From an uncultured virus (IMG/VR IMGVR_UViG_3300050581_000203) (Duplodnaviria; Heunggongvirae; Uroviricota; Caudoviricetes), in the IMG/VR virus record IMGVR_UViG_3300050581_000203: 64,000 nucleotides of DNA. One strand, 5' to 3'. This document shows positions 1 to 9,890 of the stretch, piece by piece. The notes under the pieces were generated by a model. The model was not told where the DNA came from and searched no databases. It saw only the letters and a list, made by a program, of their open reading frames with translations. Numbering within the stretch: position 1 is the stretch's first letter; each line of letters begins with the position of its first letter. The translations under genes were made by a program, and so were the position numbers.

Positions 1-1005
1 TTATATAGCGGGGTTTTTCGTTTTTCCCGACTCCCGAACATGCCTGCTATATGGCACATTTATCAGTTTGACTGCATCCTGTTTGGTTCGTTCCCCGCGC
101 CGGTCATACCGTTGGGTTGTATGGACATCGTTGTGGCCGGCCAGATCGGCCACCGTCACGATGTCGGCGCCGGCATCCAGCATCTCACTGATAAACGTTC
201 GCCTGAAATCGTGCGGGGTGACGTCCTCTAATCCGGCCTCGATGGCGCGCCGGGCAAGAATACGATTGACCGTCACAGTGCTCAAGCTCCGCCCGGGCTT
301 CAGTACTCCATTCTTGCCAATCGCGCAGAAGATCGGGCCGGGGTCTGAGCCGCGAATGGTCATCCAGTCCTGCAGGGCCGCAAGCGCACCACCACTGAGA
401 TACCCTGTTCGTTCCTTATTCCGCTTGCCGACCACCTTGAACGACCCGGCCGCCAGGTCCAACCCGGCCGAGTGCAACGCGCACACCTCGGCACGGCGCA
501 GGCCTGTGCCGGCCATCAGTGCGACCATAGCCGCGTCGCGTGCACCGGCCGGTGTTACATCCTGCGCACAGGCCTCCAGCAGCCTGGCGATCTCGGTTTG
601 CGGGATCTCGCGCCCCTTGGCCAGCCTTAGACCAATATCCCCGCGGATGTCCTTGATTCGCTGATAGGTCTCTACATCCAGGAGGCTCGACTCCCAGGCC
701 ATGCGGGCTACACCGCGTAGCGCGCACAACACCTTGTTGCGTGTTGCTGGCGCGCCGGGAACTTTCGCCATGATGGCACGCACGTTCTGTGCGTTGAGCG
801 TCGTCCAATCCACACGCTGCCAGAGCAGTGCGCGCTCGTGGCGTTCAAGTTTCTTTGGATTCAGAATCACCTGGGCGACAGTATTCAATGCGGAGACCTG
901 GCCACGGCGTGAGACGTCGGTGCGCAGGCTGGCGATGTACGCAGCTGCTGGCTGAATTCGCGAAGAGGACCTGACGGCGGGTAAATTTCGTGCGTTCTGG
1001 GTCAT
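1..1005 (-). CDS. Tyrosine recombinase/integrase (XerD-like, possibly a resolvase)
   Basis: Catalytic motifs TGLRRAE, VVGKRNK, HDFRRT, LAGH...TTQRYD. Confidence 0.93.
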   Translation of the reverse strand: MTQNARNLPAVRSSSRIQPAAAYIASLRTDVSRRGQVSALNTVAQVILNPKKLERHERALLWQRVDWTTLNAQNVRAIMAKVPGAPATRNKVLCALRGVARMAWESSLLDVETYQRIKDIRGDIGLRLAKGREIPQTEIARLLEACAQDVTPAGARDAAMVALMAGTGLRRAEVCALHSAGLDLAAGSFKVVGKRNKERTGYLSGGALAALQDWMTIRGSDPGPIFCAIGKNGVLKPGRSLSTVTVNRILARRAIEAGLEDVTPHDFRRTFISEMLDAGADIVTVADLAGHNDVHTTQRYDRRGERTKQDAVKLINVPYSRHVRESGKTKNPAI

Positions 1006-1012
1006 TTGTTCT

Positions 1013-1026
1013 AGAACTCGGATTCT
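1013..1026. promoter_or_regulatory. LexA/SOS-box-like site upstream of the tyrosine recombinase
   Basis: AGAACTCGGATTCT versus the AGAAC-N4-GTTCT consensus (1 mismatch), 8 bp from the start codon. Confidence 0.45.
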
Positions 1027-1111
1027 ATAACTCTATTTTGGATCACAGAATCAGGATACTGAGCCCCGTGCACGATGTCAACGGTCGTAAATCGATAAGT
1101 TGGGAATCGAG

Positions 1112-1474
1112 TTACAGGCGCGATATGTCAGCATACAGAATGAGCGCGCTGCGTGGCCCATCATATTGGCGGTTCGCCTCCGTCCGCTGCTGAATCTGGA
1201 AGTCGATGGGCAGCCCCGTCATCTCGCGGCCCAGCGTGGAGAAGGCCAAGCATAGAGCGGCCCATTTGCGGTTGAGTATTGGTGGATTGATCGGCACCTT
1301 ATCCCCAGTAAGCCGCTCATAGTCCTCATCAGAGAGAATCAGGCGCACATCCACATCGCGCCACTGCTTCCCCTGCAGGGCCGATCCCACCAGATAGGGC
1401 CAGTCACCGAATGCATCATGGATCAATTCGCCAAACTGTTGCAAGAGAATTTCTTGCGGCATCCCCACGCTCAT
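1112..1474 (-). CDS. Minimal Pol-beta-superfamily nucleotidyltransferase-like protein
   Basis: YLVGS-x8-DVDVRL motif plus a later acidic strand (PIDFQ); 120 aa. Confidence 0.65.
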   Translation of the reverse strand: MSVGMPQEILLQQFGELIHDAFGDWPYLVGSALQGKQWRDVDVRLILSDEDYERLTGDKVPINPPILNRKWAALCLAFSTLGREMTGLPIDFQIQQRTEANRQYDGPRSALILYADISRL

Positions 1475-1511
1475 ATCGCTCCTAATCTGCCCCTATGCGA
1501 CCAATTGGTCG

Positions 1512-1820
1512 CTATAAGTTCGCCTTGACCGTGAAGATGTCGACGTCGCTCTTCTCGTCGAAGTTGGGCATGACGAGGCGCGCTTGCAATCGCCACTCGC
1601 CCGGTTGGTCGATGTCGCCGGCGACGGTGACGTATTCTGCCTTGGCGTCCGTGCCATCGGTCGTCCACACGGCATCCACGGATAAGAGGCTCCCATCTGG
1701 TTTGCGGAAAATGAATTGCTTGGTCGTGGCCGCCGAAATATCTTCCACGGTCCCGTCGATCTTGATCGTGCGCCGGAAGATCAGGCCGACCGCACCGACG
1801 TGAATTTCACCTTGAGCCAT
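1512..1820 (-). CDS. Phage tail/baseplate protein, BppU-N-like
   Basis: FRKPDG...AEY...GDIDQPGEWRLQ pattern; last structural gene of the tail operon. Confidence 0.55.
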   Translation of the reverse strand: MAQGEIHVGAVGLIFRRTIKIDGTVEDISAATTKQFIFRKPDGSLLSVDAVWTTDGTDAKAEYVTVAGDIDQPGEWRLQARLVMPNFDEKSDVDIFTVKANL

Positions 1821-3409
1821 CAGATATTCAACTCCCCCGCATTCGTATGCGTGACGTGTAGCGCGCCGCCGTGCACGCGCGTGATGTATAACACGCCGGC
1901 ATCAACGTCGGAGGCCTCAACCAGTGGTGTGCCGACATGTGGCTCATGGGCAAGCGCTTGAGCAGCCGCAACACTCACCATGATTATGGCGCCGGCGCTC
2001 ACTGCTGGGCTATAGGCGACCGCCATATAGGAGGCGCACGGAGACGCGATAGTCGTTTCTCCAGAGATGCTCGGGCCGATGGCAACTGCACTGGCGGTCG
2101 CAACGGTTGTAATAATGCTTGCGCTCGCACTTACCACCGGCGGGGGCATCGTCGTGTCTGCGGTGGCCACCACGCTGGTAATCGTGACATTGCTGCCAAC
2201 AGCAGCAACAGGCGCGTAGGCGGTAGCCGTTGCTACCGTTGCGGCGACTATAGCGTCGGCACTCAGCGTCGGCGCATAAGCCGCTGTGACGCATATGGCC
2301 GCCACTGGCGATACGGTCGCAGGGGTTCCTGCGCTGATTACTGGTGCCGGGGCATGTGCAGTTGCAGTCGCTACGACGTCAATGATTGTTGCGCCGGCGC
2401 TGATCACCGGCGCAATCGCCGCCACAGTGCACGTGGCCACCGTCCCCATAACGGTAGCACTTGCGCCCACCGTTGGGGTTGGGGCCACAGCCACCACGGT
2501 GGCTGCAGGGCTCGCTATCGACGCGTTCGCGGCCAAGCCTGGGGATAGAGCTGTGGCGCTTGCCGTTGCCCCAACGGCAGCGACCGCTGCATCCCCCACG
2601 ACACTTGGAGCAATGGCCACCGCCTGAGCGGTTGCTACTACCGCCGATATAGTCGCACTGACGCTAATTCTCGGCCCCAGGGCCGCCGCGCTTGCAGTTG
2701 CTGCGATAGCCACAACCGTCGCAGGTGCGTTCGATGGACTGCCGACGAATAACGGGATTGCGCCCCAGCTAATCGGTGGAGGGTCTTCATCGGTCAGCGC
2801 GCCGCTCGCTGTCCAGTCATAGCCGTTCCCTGAATAGTCCGCCAGGCGTTCGCTTGCGCCTGGGAACATTGGCGTCCATTGATACAGGTTTGCCGTCCGC
2901 TGCGGGCGGATCGTTTGCATCTCCTGCTGAATTTCATCTGCCGATAACGCGGCCGTCCAAAACTTGCTGGCGAAGATACGGCAATCTACGCGGTCATAAT
3001 CAGCGCTATTCCATCCGCCCATTTCCATGCGTGTGGCCGCTGTGCTGCGCCCCGTCACCGAGTAGGTCGCGGTGGAGTCCAACACGCCGTTAAGATAAAC
3101 TCTTAGCGTGCCTGTATCAACACGGACCAGTGCGATGTGATACCACATGCCTGTTGAGAGCGATGTTCCCGCTGCTTCCTGACCTGCGCCGCCGCTATAT
3201 GCCACGGCGTTGAGCGTCGTGCCATCCGCGCTGAGCGATACAGCGTCCAGGTTATTGCCAACGTTGTCGTTCAGGCTGGCGATGATACCCAGCGCGTTCA
3301 GGTCACTTACTAGCATGACCCAAAACGACCAGGTATATGCGGCATTGAAGTTCGGCAGTGAAGCCGAGCGAATCACTCGGTCCGCGGCGGCATCAAATCG
3401 TATCGCCAT
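1820..3409 (-). CDS. Tail fibre/receptor-binding protein: N-terminal LamG/ConA-like domain plus Ala/Thr/Val-rich repeats of about 20 aa
   Basis: WYHIALVR...LRVYLNGV and ALSADEI LamG motifs; repeats such as ATISAVVATAQAVAIAPSV. Confidence 0.75.
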   Translation of the reverse strand: MAIRFDAAADRVIRSASLPNFNAAYTWSFWVMLVSDLNALGIIASLNDNVGNNLDAVSLSADGTTLNAVAYSGGAGQEAAGTSLSTGMWYHIALVRVDTGTLRVYLNGVLDSTATYSVTGRSTAATRMEMGGWNSADYDRVDCRIFASKFWTAALSADEIQQEMQTIRPQRTANLYQWTPMFPGASERLADYSGNGYDWTASGALTDEDPPPISWGAIPLFVGSPSNAPATVVAIAATASAAALGPRISVSATISAVVATAQAVAIAPSVVGDAAVAAVGATASATALSPGLAANASIASPAATVVAVAPTPTVGASATVMGTVATCTVAAIAPVISAGATIIDVVATATAHAPAPVISAGTPATVSPVAAICVTAAYAPTLSADAIVAATVATATAYAPVAAVGSNVTITSVVATADTTMPPPVVSASASIITTVATASAVAIGPSISGETTIASPCASYMAVAYSPAVSAGAIIMVSVAAAQALAHEPHVGTPLVEASDVDAGVLYITRVHGGALHVTHTNAGELNI

Positions 3410-3898
3410 TTATGCCCCGTCGCGAAACTCCACACTCAGCACGTAGCAATCGCCTGCGGCCGTATCGTTTGTTGCGTCCGTTGCATCACGCGTCAACTGT
3501 AGCCGGAAGTAGTCGCCGGCCGCGATTGAGTCCTGATTCGTGAGCGTGATCGTGAACGAACTCTCGTAGCCGGCGGTGCTGGGCACAGTCGGCGCGGTGA
3601 TGGCGTTCGCTGTGTCGAACGAATCCCCTGCATCCAGATCTACTGAATCGCCTGGCGTGACCGCCTCAATAGCGCCAGTAAAATCGATCTTCCCACTCGT
3701 GGCGCTCGCCATCATGTAATGCACCACGGCCGTTAAAGTTCCAGTCAATCCGACCGGCGCGATTGCGGTCCATTGACACGTTTCCGCCGTGCTGGCGTCG
3801 AATGCGAGCACGGGTCTACGATTCACCAGCATCAATTGTGGGAAGTTGCTCGCAGGGAACTCAGCAGCTCCCGGCGTAAAAACATAGCGCGTTGCCAT
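3410..3898 (-). CDS. Minor tail/fibre-associated structural protein
   Basis: Beta-rich 162-aa ORF tightly coupled within the tail operon. Confidence 0.55.
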   Translation of the reverse strand: MATRYVFTPGAAEFPASNFPQLMLVNRRPVLAFDASTAETCQWTAIAPVGLTGTLTAVVHYMMASATSGKIDFTGAIEAVTPGDSVDLDAGDSFDTANAITAPTVPSTAGYESSFTITLTNQDSIAAGDYFRLQLTRDATDATNDTAAGDCYVLSVEFRDGA

Positions 3899-3913
3899 GA
3901 TTCACTCCCCGCG

Positions 3914-4567
3914 CTAGGCCGGCAGGATCGCGAGGATTCCTGCCGAATCCCACGTTATGGCAAAAGTGCCGTTTGTCGCTGTTACATCTGCTCCGAAATC
4001 GACGTAGCCGAGTAATGGCTTTGTCGCGTCGGTGCTGGGCGTATCGTCATAGATCACAGCGTAGCGTGCTGTGATCGTGGCATTGGCCCAAGAGACGTCA
4101 GCGGCATCAAATGTGATGATGCCGTATGAGACACACGTCCAGGTGACGCCACCATCCACGACGGTTGCGCCAATGGCGGTTGGCCAGGAGGGCTGAGAGC
4201 TTGAGGTTGTCCCTGCTGCCTGTGCGCGATATAGGTAGCCATTGCCGGTTGTCGGCCTGACGATTGCGCCAGCCGCGAAAGCCGTCGACGCGGTCCACTG
4301 AGTAGACCAGCTATTGGCTGCCGTATAGGTCAGTGTTTTGCTCCCAAGCGTCGCTCCGCCGGCCGTATAGCCCGTGCCGGTCACCTCATTCGTAACGCTT
4401 GACTTGAAAACGTGCGCACTTTGATCTGGCGCATAGCTTGACGTGCAGAGCATCGCTTTGATCGTGTCGCTCAGAAAATCGATATTCGGATTGTTCCCAA
4501 GCGTCCCTGAACCAAACGCTTGCATAATCGCTTGACCAAACCACTTAGCTGTTACTGCCATTTCCAT
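3914..4567 (-). CDS. Minor tail protein with an inserted carbohydrate-binding-like module
   Basis: DTIKAML...NEVTGTGYTAGG...FDAADVSW framework interrupted by WTASTAF...GYLY...VVDGGVTWTC. Confidence 0.65.
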   Translation of the reverse strand: MEMAVTAKWFGQAIMQAFGSGTLGNNPNIDFLSDTIKAMLCTSSYAPDQSAHVFKSSVTNEVTGTGYTAGGATLGSKTLTYTAANSWSTQWTASTAFAAGAIVRPTTGNGYLYRAQAAGTTSSSQPSWPTAIGATVVDGGVTWTCVSYGIITFDAADVSWANATITARYAVIYDDTPSTDATKPLLGYVDFGADVTATNGTFAITWDSAGILAILPA

Positions 4568-4603
4568 ACCTCACTTTGAATGCCGCCATGCGGCATTGGA
4601 TGA

Positions 4604-4996
4604 CTATGCATTGCTCCGCGTGCGAAGCAACAACACGTTGCAGGTGATCGCAGAACCGCGATTGTTCTGGACGATGACGTGATAACTCGCGTTCAGATAC
4701 ACATTGATCTTGCTTGCCGTGCCTGACGTCGTCGAAAAGTAGTTCTGCGAGGTTTGGCTAACCAGCATGATGGTTCCTCCGCCCTGCAGAAACACCCCCA
4801 CCGCACCCGACACAATGTCATTGATGATGAACAGCCCACTGTAATTGCTGACCAGGTCGTAGGTGCCGGCATTGGCCAGGCTGGTGATTTGCTGCCACTG
4901 CGCCGGTGTTTGGGCGGGCATGAGCTTGGCGACCTGACTTTCGAGCGCGCTAATCCGGCGCGTCATCTGCTCAAGGAGCTGTTGCACGTCGTTCAT
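4604..4996 (-). CDS. Minor tail protein (N-terminal coiled coil)
   Basis: Start moved to MNDVQQLL (ATG at 4996, overlapping the upstream stop). Confidence 0.6.
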   Translation of the reverse strand: MNDVQQLLEQMTRRISALESQVAKLMPAQTPAQWQQITSLANAGTYDLVSNYSGLFIINDIVSGAVGVFLQGGGTIMLVSQTSQNYFSTTSGTASKINVYLNASYHVIVQNNRGSAITCNVLLLRTRSNA

Positions 4997-6099
4997 ATCG
5001 AGTATTTCATCCTCGCTTCGATTTGTTCGTTCTGGCCTTCCACGGTGACGGTAACCGTGTCCACCCGAACGTTGAGTTGCTTGCCCGCAAATGAGATCGT
5101 CAACTTGTCGCCCCATCCCCAATGTACGCCGTACTCCGTGTCTTTCGTGGATTGAATCGCTCCGCTGAACATGATCTGTGGCCGTCCTTTGCGCAGGGCG
5201 GCCGCGGCTTCAGAGTTGCAGCTATCGACCGTGGTGGCGCTGGAAGTCACCCACGCCTCACGCCGGTTGAAGGGGCTGTACTTGATGCGTACCGAGTCCG
5301 ATGCGTTCCCCTGCAACTGGGCATCTCCCGTGCCCTGACCGCCGGCATAGACGTAGGTGATCTCGCCGGAGTAGTCGTATTCGATGGACGGGTCCACCAG
5401 GTTGCCCATCTCTTCGGATAGCACCACGGCGGGTCTGTTCGCGCCGGCGGTGTGATCGTTCCCGCGTTGCCCGGTGTAGGTGCGCAGGCGCAATAACGAG
5501 CCTTCCTGGACCATATCGAAGTAAAGCGGCGTCGGGATCGTCGCATGGTCCGCACTGGCCTGGGCGATTTCCTGGCAGGTCTGCAGCACGTTTGCATGAG
5601 AGAAGTCCTTTGTGATGATCGGCGCTTGGGACTTATCGACCTGGATAACCATATATGCCGCAAGCGACCGGGCGCTGTCCACGACGAGGCCGCGCATCGA
5701 CTCGCGACAGATCGCCTTGATCATGTCGTCCGCATAGGCGGTCTTCTGCGCGTATGCCGTCCCGGCTGCCCCGGTGACGATACGCCGGGCGAGGATTTCC
5801 AGGGCCGCCACCGCGCGCACCTCGTATAGCAGCATCCCATTCTGTCGGTACGAGCGGAAGTAGCGCACGAACCAGGGCGTTTCCGTTTCCAGGATGAACG
5901 GACCGTTGTTAGCCGAACGCATCACCCATATGCGCGAGTCCTCCGCGAACAGATCGGGGGACAGCATTGCCGGCATGGTCAGCGTAAGGGCGCCCACGTC
6001 GTTTGCCGTGCGGGTGTACTGCAAGCGCACCCACCTTTCGATCAACTTGCGGTTGTTGCCGAACGGGTCGTAGAGCCACAATTGATAGGCGCCGCTCAT
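4993..6099 (-). CDS. Siphovirus Gp37-like minor tail (baseplate hub) protein
   Basis: Follows Dit; ITYVYAGGQG and YGVHWGWGDKLT motifs. Confidence 0.75.
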   Translation of the reverse strand: MSGAYQLWLYDPFGNNRKLIERWVRLQYTRTANDVGALTLTMPAMLSPDLFAEDSRIWVMRSANNGPFILETETPWFVRYFRSYRQNGMLLYEVRAVAALEILARRIVTGAAGTAYAQKTAYADDMIKAICRESMRGLVVDSARSLAAYMVIQVDKSQAPIITKDFSHANVLQTCQEIAQASADHATIPTPLYFDMVQEGSLLRLRTYTGQRGNDHTAGANRPAVVLSEEMGNLVDPSIEYDYSGEITYVYAGGQGTGDAQLQGNASDSVRIKYSPFNRREAWVTSSATTVDSCNSEAAAALRKGRPQIMFSGAIQSTKDTEYGVHWGWGDKLTISFAGKQLNVRVDTVTVTVEGQNEQIEARMKYSI

Positions 6100-8006
6100 T
6101 AGTCTGCCCCCCAGTACCTGTTGCGCCAGGCCAACGTGCAGGCGCTTACCGTCGGCGATCCGGAAACGGTTTGCAGAAGCAGCGCGACGTCATTGGCTCC
6201 CGGCATGAGCGACCAGACGGCATAGTCGGAGCTGGGCAGCATGAAGCCGGAAACATCGCCATAGAGCGACGAACGAACCGACCGATTGCCGGGCGTTAGC
6301 GTGATGGTCAATGTCTCACCGCTATACATCACATAATTCATGTAGATCGTCTTGCCGGTGGTGTTATTGACCAGGCCGCGCACGCGCATGGCGCCGCCGG
6401 TAATAGCGACGGTGAGCGTGGGGTATGCGCGCGCAGAGCCCCCATTCGTGACAGTCGTTCGACCAGGGATGGTGGCGCTGCCTCCGGTGCTGAAACCAAT
6501 ATACAGATTGCCTGAGGAATCAACCGCGAGGCCGCGCACTGCCGGCGTGCCAGGGAGGACGACGTCTTCAGGGATGAAGATGCTACCATTCCATTTCACG
6601 AGCGGCGAAGGTAATAGCAGGTCGCCGGCATACGTGACGGACACGGCGCCGGCGTAAAGCGTTCCATCGTCTTGAACCGCCAGAGAGCGGACGGTTGCCA
6701 GGCCGTCGTTGGTGCTCGGGCCGATCCCAGCGCCCAGCGGATACAGTCCCACGCCGTTCCAGCGTGCCACGCGCAACGCCGATGACCCATCTGCCGTGAT
6801 GTATGCGCCGCCGACGTAAACATTGTGGTCCTTCCCAATCACCATCGAGTACGGCGCGTCGTCGACGCCGGACCCGACCGCGGTCCAAGCCGATCCATTC
6901 CAGCGCGCCAGGCGTGTGACGGAAACGCCGCCGATTGTGGTGAATATGCCGCCGGCGAAGACCTCGTTGAAGCCCGTCGTTCCGAGCGCCAGGACCGGCT
7001 GGTTCGCGTCGCCCAAAGATTCCCAACTCGATCCGTTCCACTTGGCGATGTTGACGTAAGCCGGGTTGCTTCCGCCTGGCTGAAACACCCAGGGAAACCA
7101 CCCGCCCACGAAGAGGCTTCCGTCGGGCAGAATCGCTAGCGCCCGCACGCCATCGTATCCAGCGTCGTAGCCTACGCCAACCCCGCCGCCCAGCGCAGAA
7201 CGTGAGACGCCGTCCGGGGTATACCTGACGATCCCATTCAGGTCATAGCTGCCTGGGCCGTCGAAGGGGAAGTTCCCGCCGGCGTAGACGTAGCCGCCGC
7301 CAATGGCGATGGCCTTCACCGTCCCATTGACGCCGCCGGCTGGTTCGGCCCACGTGCTCCCGTTCCAGAAGGCAATTCCGCGGGCCGTAGCGCCGTTGGC
7401 CGTCGTGAAAGACCCGCCGGCCCACACGTAGCCGGTCATGGGGTCCACCGCGATGGCAAACACCTCGCCGTTGAAGCCGGTGCCCAGCGCGCTCCACACG
7501 CCTGCGGCCGACTTCTTCAAGATGTAGTTGGCGTTTGCCAGCGTCGCGGACGTGGCGAGCGCGGCGGTCGAGTCGCTGATCGCGTACCAATATGGATCGA
7601 ACGAGATGAATTTGAGCGAGAATCTTTCCTTCCAAAGCTTGATGTCCAGCACGTCCAGGCCGCCCGCGTAATACACCTCGACTTCGTAAGTGGTGCCCGA
7701 TCCGCTATACCGCAGATGCATGGGCTTCCACGTGGGCGTCGCGTCGCGATTGATGACGGCCTGCAAAGCGCGCCGGCGCGCGTGGATGGTCGCAATCGAC
7801 GTGCCGGATATCGTGCAGGTCAGAGTAATGTCGCGCTTCGTATATAGCTGCGACTGCGGGATCTGACCGTCCATGATCGGATACGCAATCGCGGTATTCG
7901 TCGGCTCGGGAACCCCAATGCCCTGCATTCCTTCGACGACGACGTGCAGATCGTCTTGCAGGTCATAGGCCATCCCGGCCGCGGAGATAAGCGTGAAGTA
8001 ACTCAT
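6099..8006 (-). CDS. Distal tail protein (Dit) with an internal beta-propeller insertion
   Basis: Dit-like N-terminus (FISFDPYWY) and C-terminus (LMPGAN...WRNRY) enclosing repeated 'GG.F...A.WNGS.W..LG' blades. Confidence 0.75.
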   Translation of the reverse strand: MSYFTLISAAGMAYDLQDDLHVVVEGMQGIGVPEPTNTAIAYPIMDGQIPQSQLYTKRDITLTCTISGTSIATIHARRRALQAVINRDATPTWKPMHLRYSGSGTTYEVEVYYAGGLDVLDIKLWKERFSLKFISFDPYWYAISDSTAALATSATLANANYILKKSAAGVWSALGTGFNGEVFAIAVDPMTGYVWAGGSFTTANGATARGIAFWNGSTWAEPAGGVNGTVKAIAIGGGYVYAGGNFPFDGPGSYDLNGIVRYTPDGVSRSALGGGVGVGYDAGYDGVRALAILPDGSLFVGGWFPWVFQPGGSNPAYVNIAKWNGSSWESLGDANQPVLALGTTGFNEVFAGGIFTTIGGVSVTRLARWNGSAWTAVGSGVDDAPYSMVIGKDHNVYVGGAYITADGSSALRVARWNGVGLYPLGAGIGPSTNDGLATVRSLAVQDDGTLYAGAVSVTYAGDLLLPSPLVKWNGSIFIPEDVVLPGTPAVRGLAVDSSGNLYIGFSTGGSATIPGRTTVTNGGSARAYPTLTVAITGGAMRVRGLVNNTTGKTIYMNYVMYSGETLTITLTPGNRSVRSSLYGDVSGFMLPSSDYAVWSLMPGANDVALLLQTVSGSPTVSACTLAWRNRYWGAD

Positions 8007-9829
8007 GTAGCAGCCGCCTTCAACATAGCAAAATCCTTGATGACGTTCGTTTCCTGCCCGGGCTGGGTATAGACCGTCAGATTGAAGTTCTGCGTAGCGC
8101 CCGCGTTGAGCACTTCCCGCACTGCCGCCTGGATCATGGGAATCAGATCGCTCAGCGGCGCGACAGCCTCGGGCGAGCGCGGGTTATCGCCAATGACTGC
8201 CGGCACCGGAGAGCTGACGATGGCACCATTGGCAAACGAAGCCCTGGGGATTAAGTCCAACCCCTTGAACGACGTGCCGATGGCATTGTTGGATGCGATG
8301 ATGGCCTGGTTGACGCCAAAGATCAGATTGTTGTTGATCAGATCGATCACGCCGTTGATGCCGGAGAGAACGACGCCCTTTACCGCGCTCCAGGCGATTT
8401 CGGCGATGCCGGCAAGGCCATTCCACACGTCGCTGAATATCTTCGAGAAGTTTTGCCAGGCCTTATCCCAGTCGCCGTTGAGCGCTGCCATCACCGCGTT
8501 GACGACGTCGGAAATGACGTTGAGTACGGTACCTACGGTGGTCTGGATCACCGCCCAGACGGTGGAGAAGATGGCCCGGATGGTTTCCTGGTTATCGTTG
8601 ATGAAGGTGGCGATGGCAGTCAGCACCTTCATCACGATCTGGTAGAGCGTGCCGAGGATGTCCCCAACCTTCCCAACGACGTTCTTCAGGAACGCTTGAA
8701 TCTCCGGCCCGTGCTCGTCGATGAACTTGCCGATCGTCGAAGCAATTGAGCCGATGACCTTCCCTATCGCGCTTCCAACTGCTTCGAAGGTGGCCTGCAC
8801 TTTGGGCCAGTTGTCGGAGACGAACTTGACCGCGTCGGCAACGGCATTCCCAAGTCCCGGCCCCAATGCGTTTGTGAGGGTTTCGCGGAACTGCTCTAAA
8901 TCTCCGTTCCCCAAGAGATCGAACAGGGCTTTTACGCTACCGACAATGCCAACGATGACGTTGCCAATGTCGGGGCCAAAAGCGTCCTGCATTGCCTCCG
9001 TGAAATCTTCTATGCTGCCGCCGGTCAGGAAGGTGACCAGGTCGCTCACGGCACCGACAATGGTGTCCAGTAGTGGGGTGGCCGCTTTCAGCGCTCCGAA
9101 TACGAAGCTGCTGAATCCATTGAAGAACTCGGTAAACGCCGGCGATCCCAGCAGGTCGGCCAGCTTCTCCAGGATGGGCGCCAGCGCGTCGCCGATGTTT
9201 CGGAACAGGACGTCCTTGAAGTTGGTGAAGCGCTCCTCAACCCTGCCCAGCGCGCTTCCGAATGCCGGCGAGGCCTCCTTGAGCGCGCCGGTCACTTGCC
9301 CAACGATTTCTTTGACCTGCTGCAGGCCCTGCGCGGCCAGGCCAAACAAGGCCAGGCCCTTGCCGATGGAGCCCACCGCGCCGACGATAGATTTCACCGG
9401 CGCCGCAACCGCCGAGGCCGCGGCCTTGAAGGGCGAAGCGATGGCATTCGAAACGGTGCCGAAGACGCTCTTGACCTTGTTAACCGTGGAACTGGCCGAC
9501 GAGGTGATCGACTTGAAGGTATTGGAGACGGTGCTGGCCGCCGTCCCGAACCCGCTCTTGATGCCGCCGGCAATGCCGCTGATCTTGTCCTTGGCCAGCA
9601 TCGCGCCGACCTGGACCGTTTCCCAGGTATCTTTGGCCTGGCTGCCCATCGATTTGATGCCCGACGCGGCCGTCTTCACCGCCGTGCCAATCGCGTTGAA
9701 CGACGAGGTGCCGGCAGACGCGACCGCCTGCACCGCGCCCTTCACACCGTTCAGCGCAGCGGACACCGACCCAAGCCCGCTCATGTCGGCCTTGGTATTT
9801 AATTCGTAGACGTCCTGAATCGTGGCCAT
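8003..9829 (-). CDS. Tape measure protein
   Basis: Ala/Gly-rich helical repeats, GDWDKAW motif, C-terminal FANGAIV...GDNPRSPEAVAPL; follows the tail chaperones; start taken as MATIQ. Confidence 0.85.
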   Translation of the reverse strand: MATIQDVYELNTKADMSGLGSVSAALNGVKGAVQAVASAGTSSFNAIGTAVKTAASGIKSMGSQAKDTWETVQVGAMLAKDKISGIAGGIKSGFGTAASTVSNTFKSITSSASSTVNKVKSVFGTVSNAIASPFKAAASAVAAPVKSIVGAVGSIGKGLALFGLAAQGLQQVKEIVGQVTGALKEASPAFGSALGRVEERFTNFKDVLFRNIGDALAPILEKLADLLGSPAFTEFFNGFSSFVFGALKAATPLLDTIVGAVSDLVTFLTGGSIEDFTEAMQDAFGPDIGNVIVGIVGSVKALFDLLGNGDLEQFRETLTNALGPGLGNAVADAVKFVSDNWPKVQATFEAVGSAIGKVIGSIASTIGKFIDEHGPEIQAFLKNVVGKVGDILGTLYQIVMKVLTAIATFINDNQETIRAIFSTVWAVIQTTVGTVLNVISDVVNAVMAALNGDWDKAWQNFSKIFSDVWNGLAGIAEIAWSAVKGVVLSGINGVIDLINNNLIFGVNQAIIASNNAIGTSFKGLDLIPRASFANGAIVSSPVPAVIGDNPRSPEAVAPLSDLIPMIQAAVREVLNAGATQNFNLTVYTQPGQETNVIKDFAMLKAAAT

Positions 9830-9830
9830 G

Positions 9831-9884
9831 AAAAACAAAAACGCGGCTCTCATGAATGAGAACCGCGCGACTATCCGCTTGTGG
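9831..9884 (-). terminator. Late leader element B: conserved motif plus intrinsic terminator directly before the tape measure gene
   Basis: Minus strand ccacAAGCGGATAGTCGCGCGGttctcattcatgagagCCGCG-tttttgttttt-c-ATG. Confidence 0.75.
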
Positions 9885-9890
9885 CTCTAT

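Noticed and set aside
1820..4996. Diversity-generating retroelement or invertible tail-fibre cassette near the tyrosine recombinase
   Set aside because: No reverse transcriptase, no TR/VR pair and no inverted alternative fibre segments seen
9830..9853. ORF-track N-terminal extensions MRAAFLFF, MESHAVPLLRPAFFLFF, MRCRAFYF and MPGVFCF
   Set aside because: These are translations of terminator stems and T-tracts; downstream ATGs are better starts
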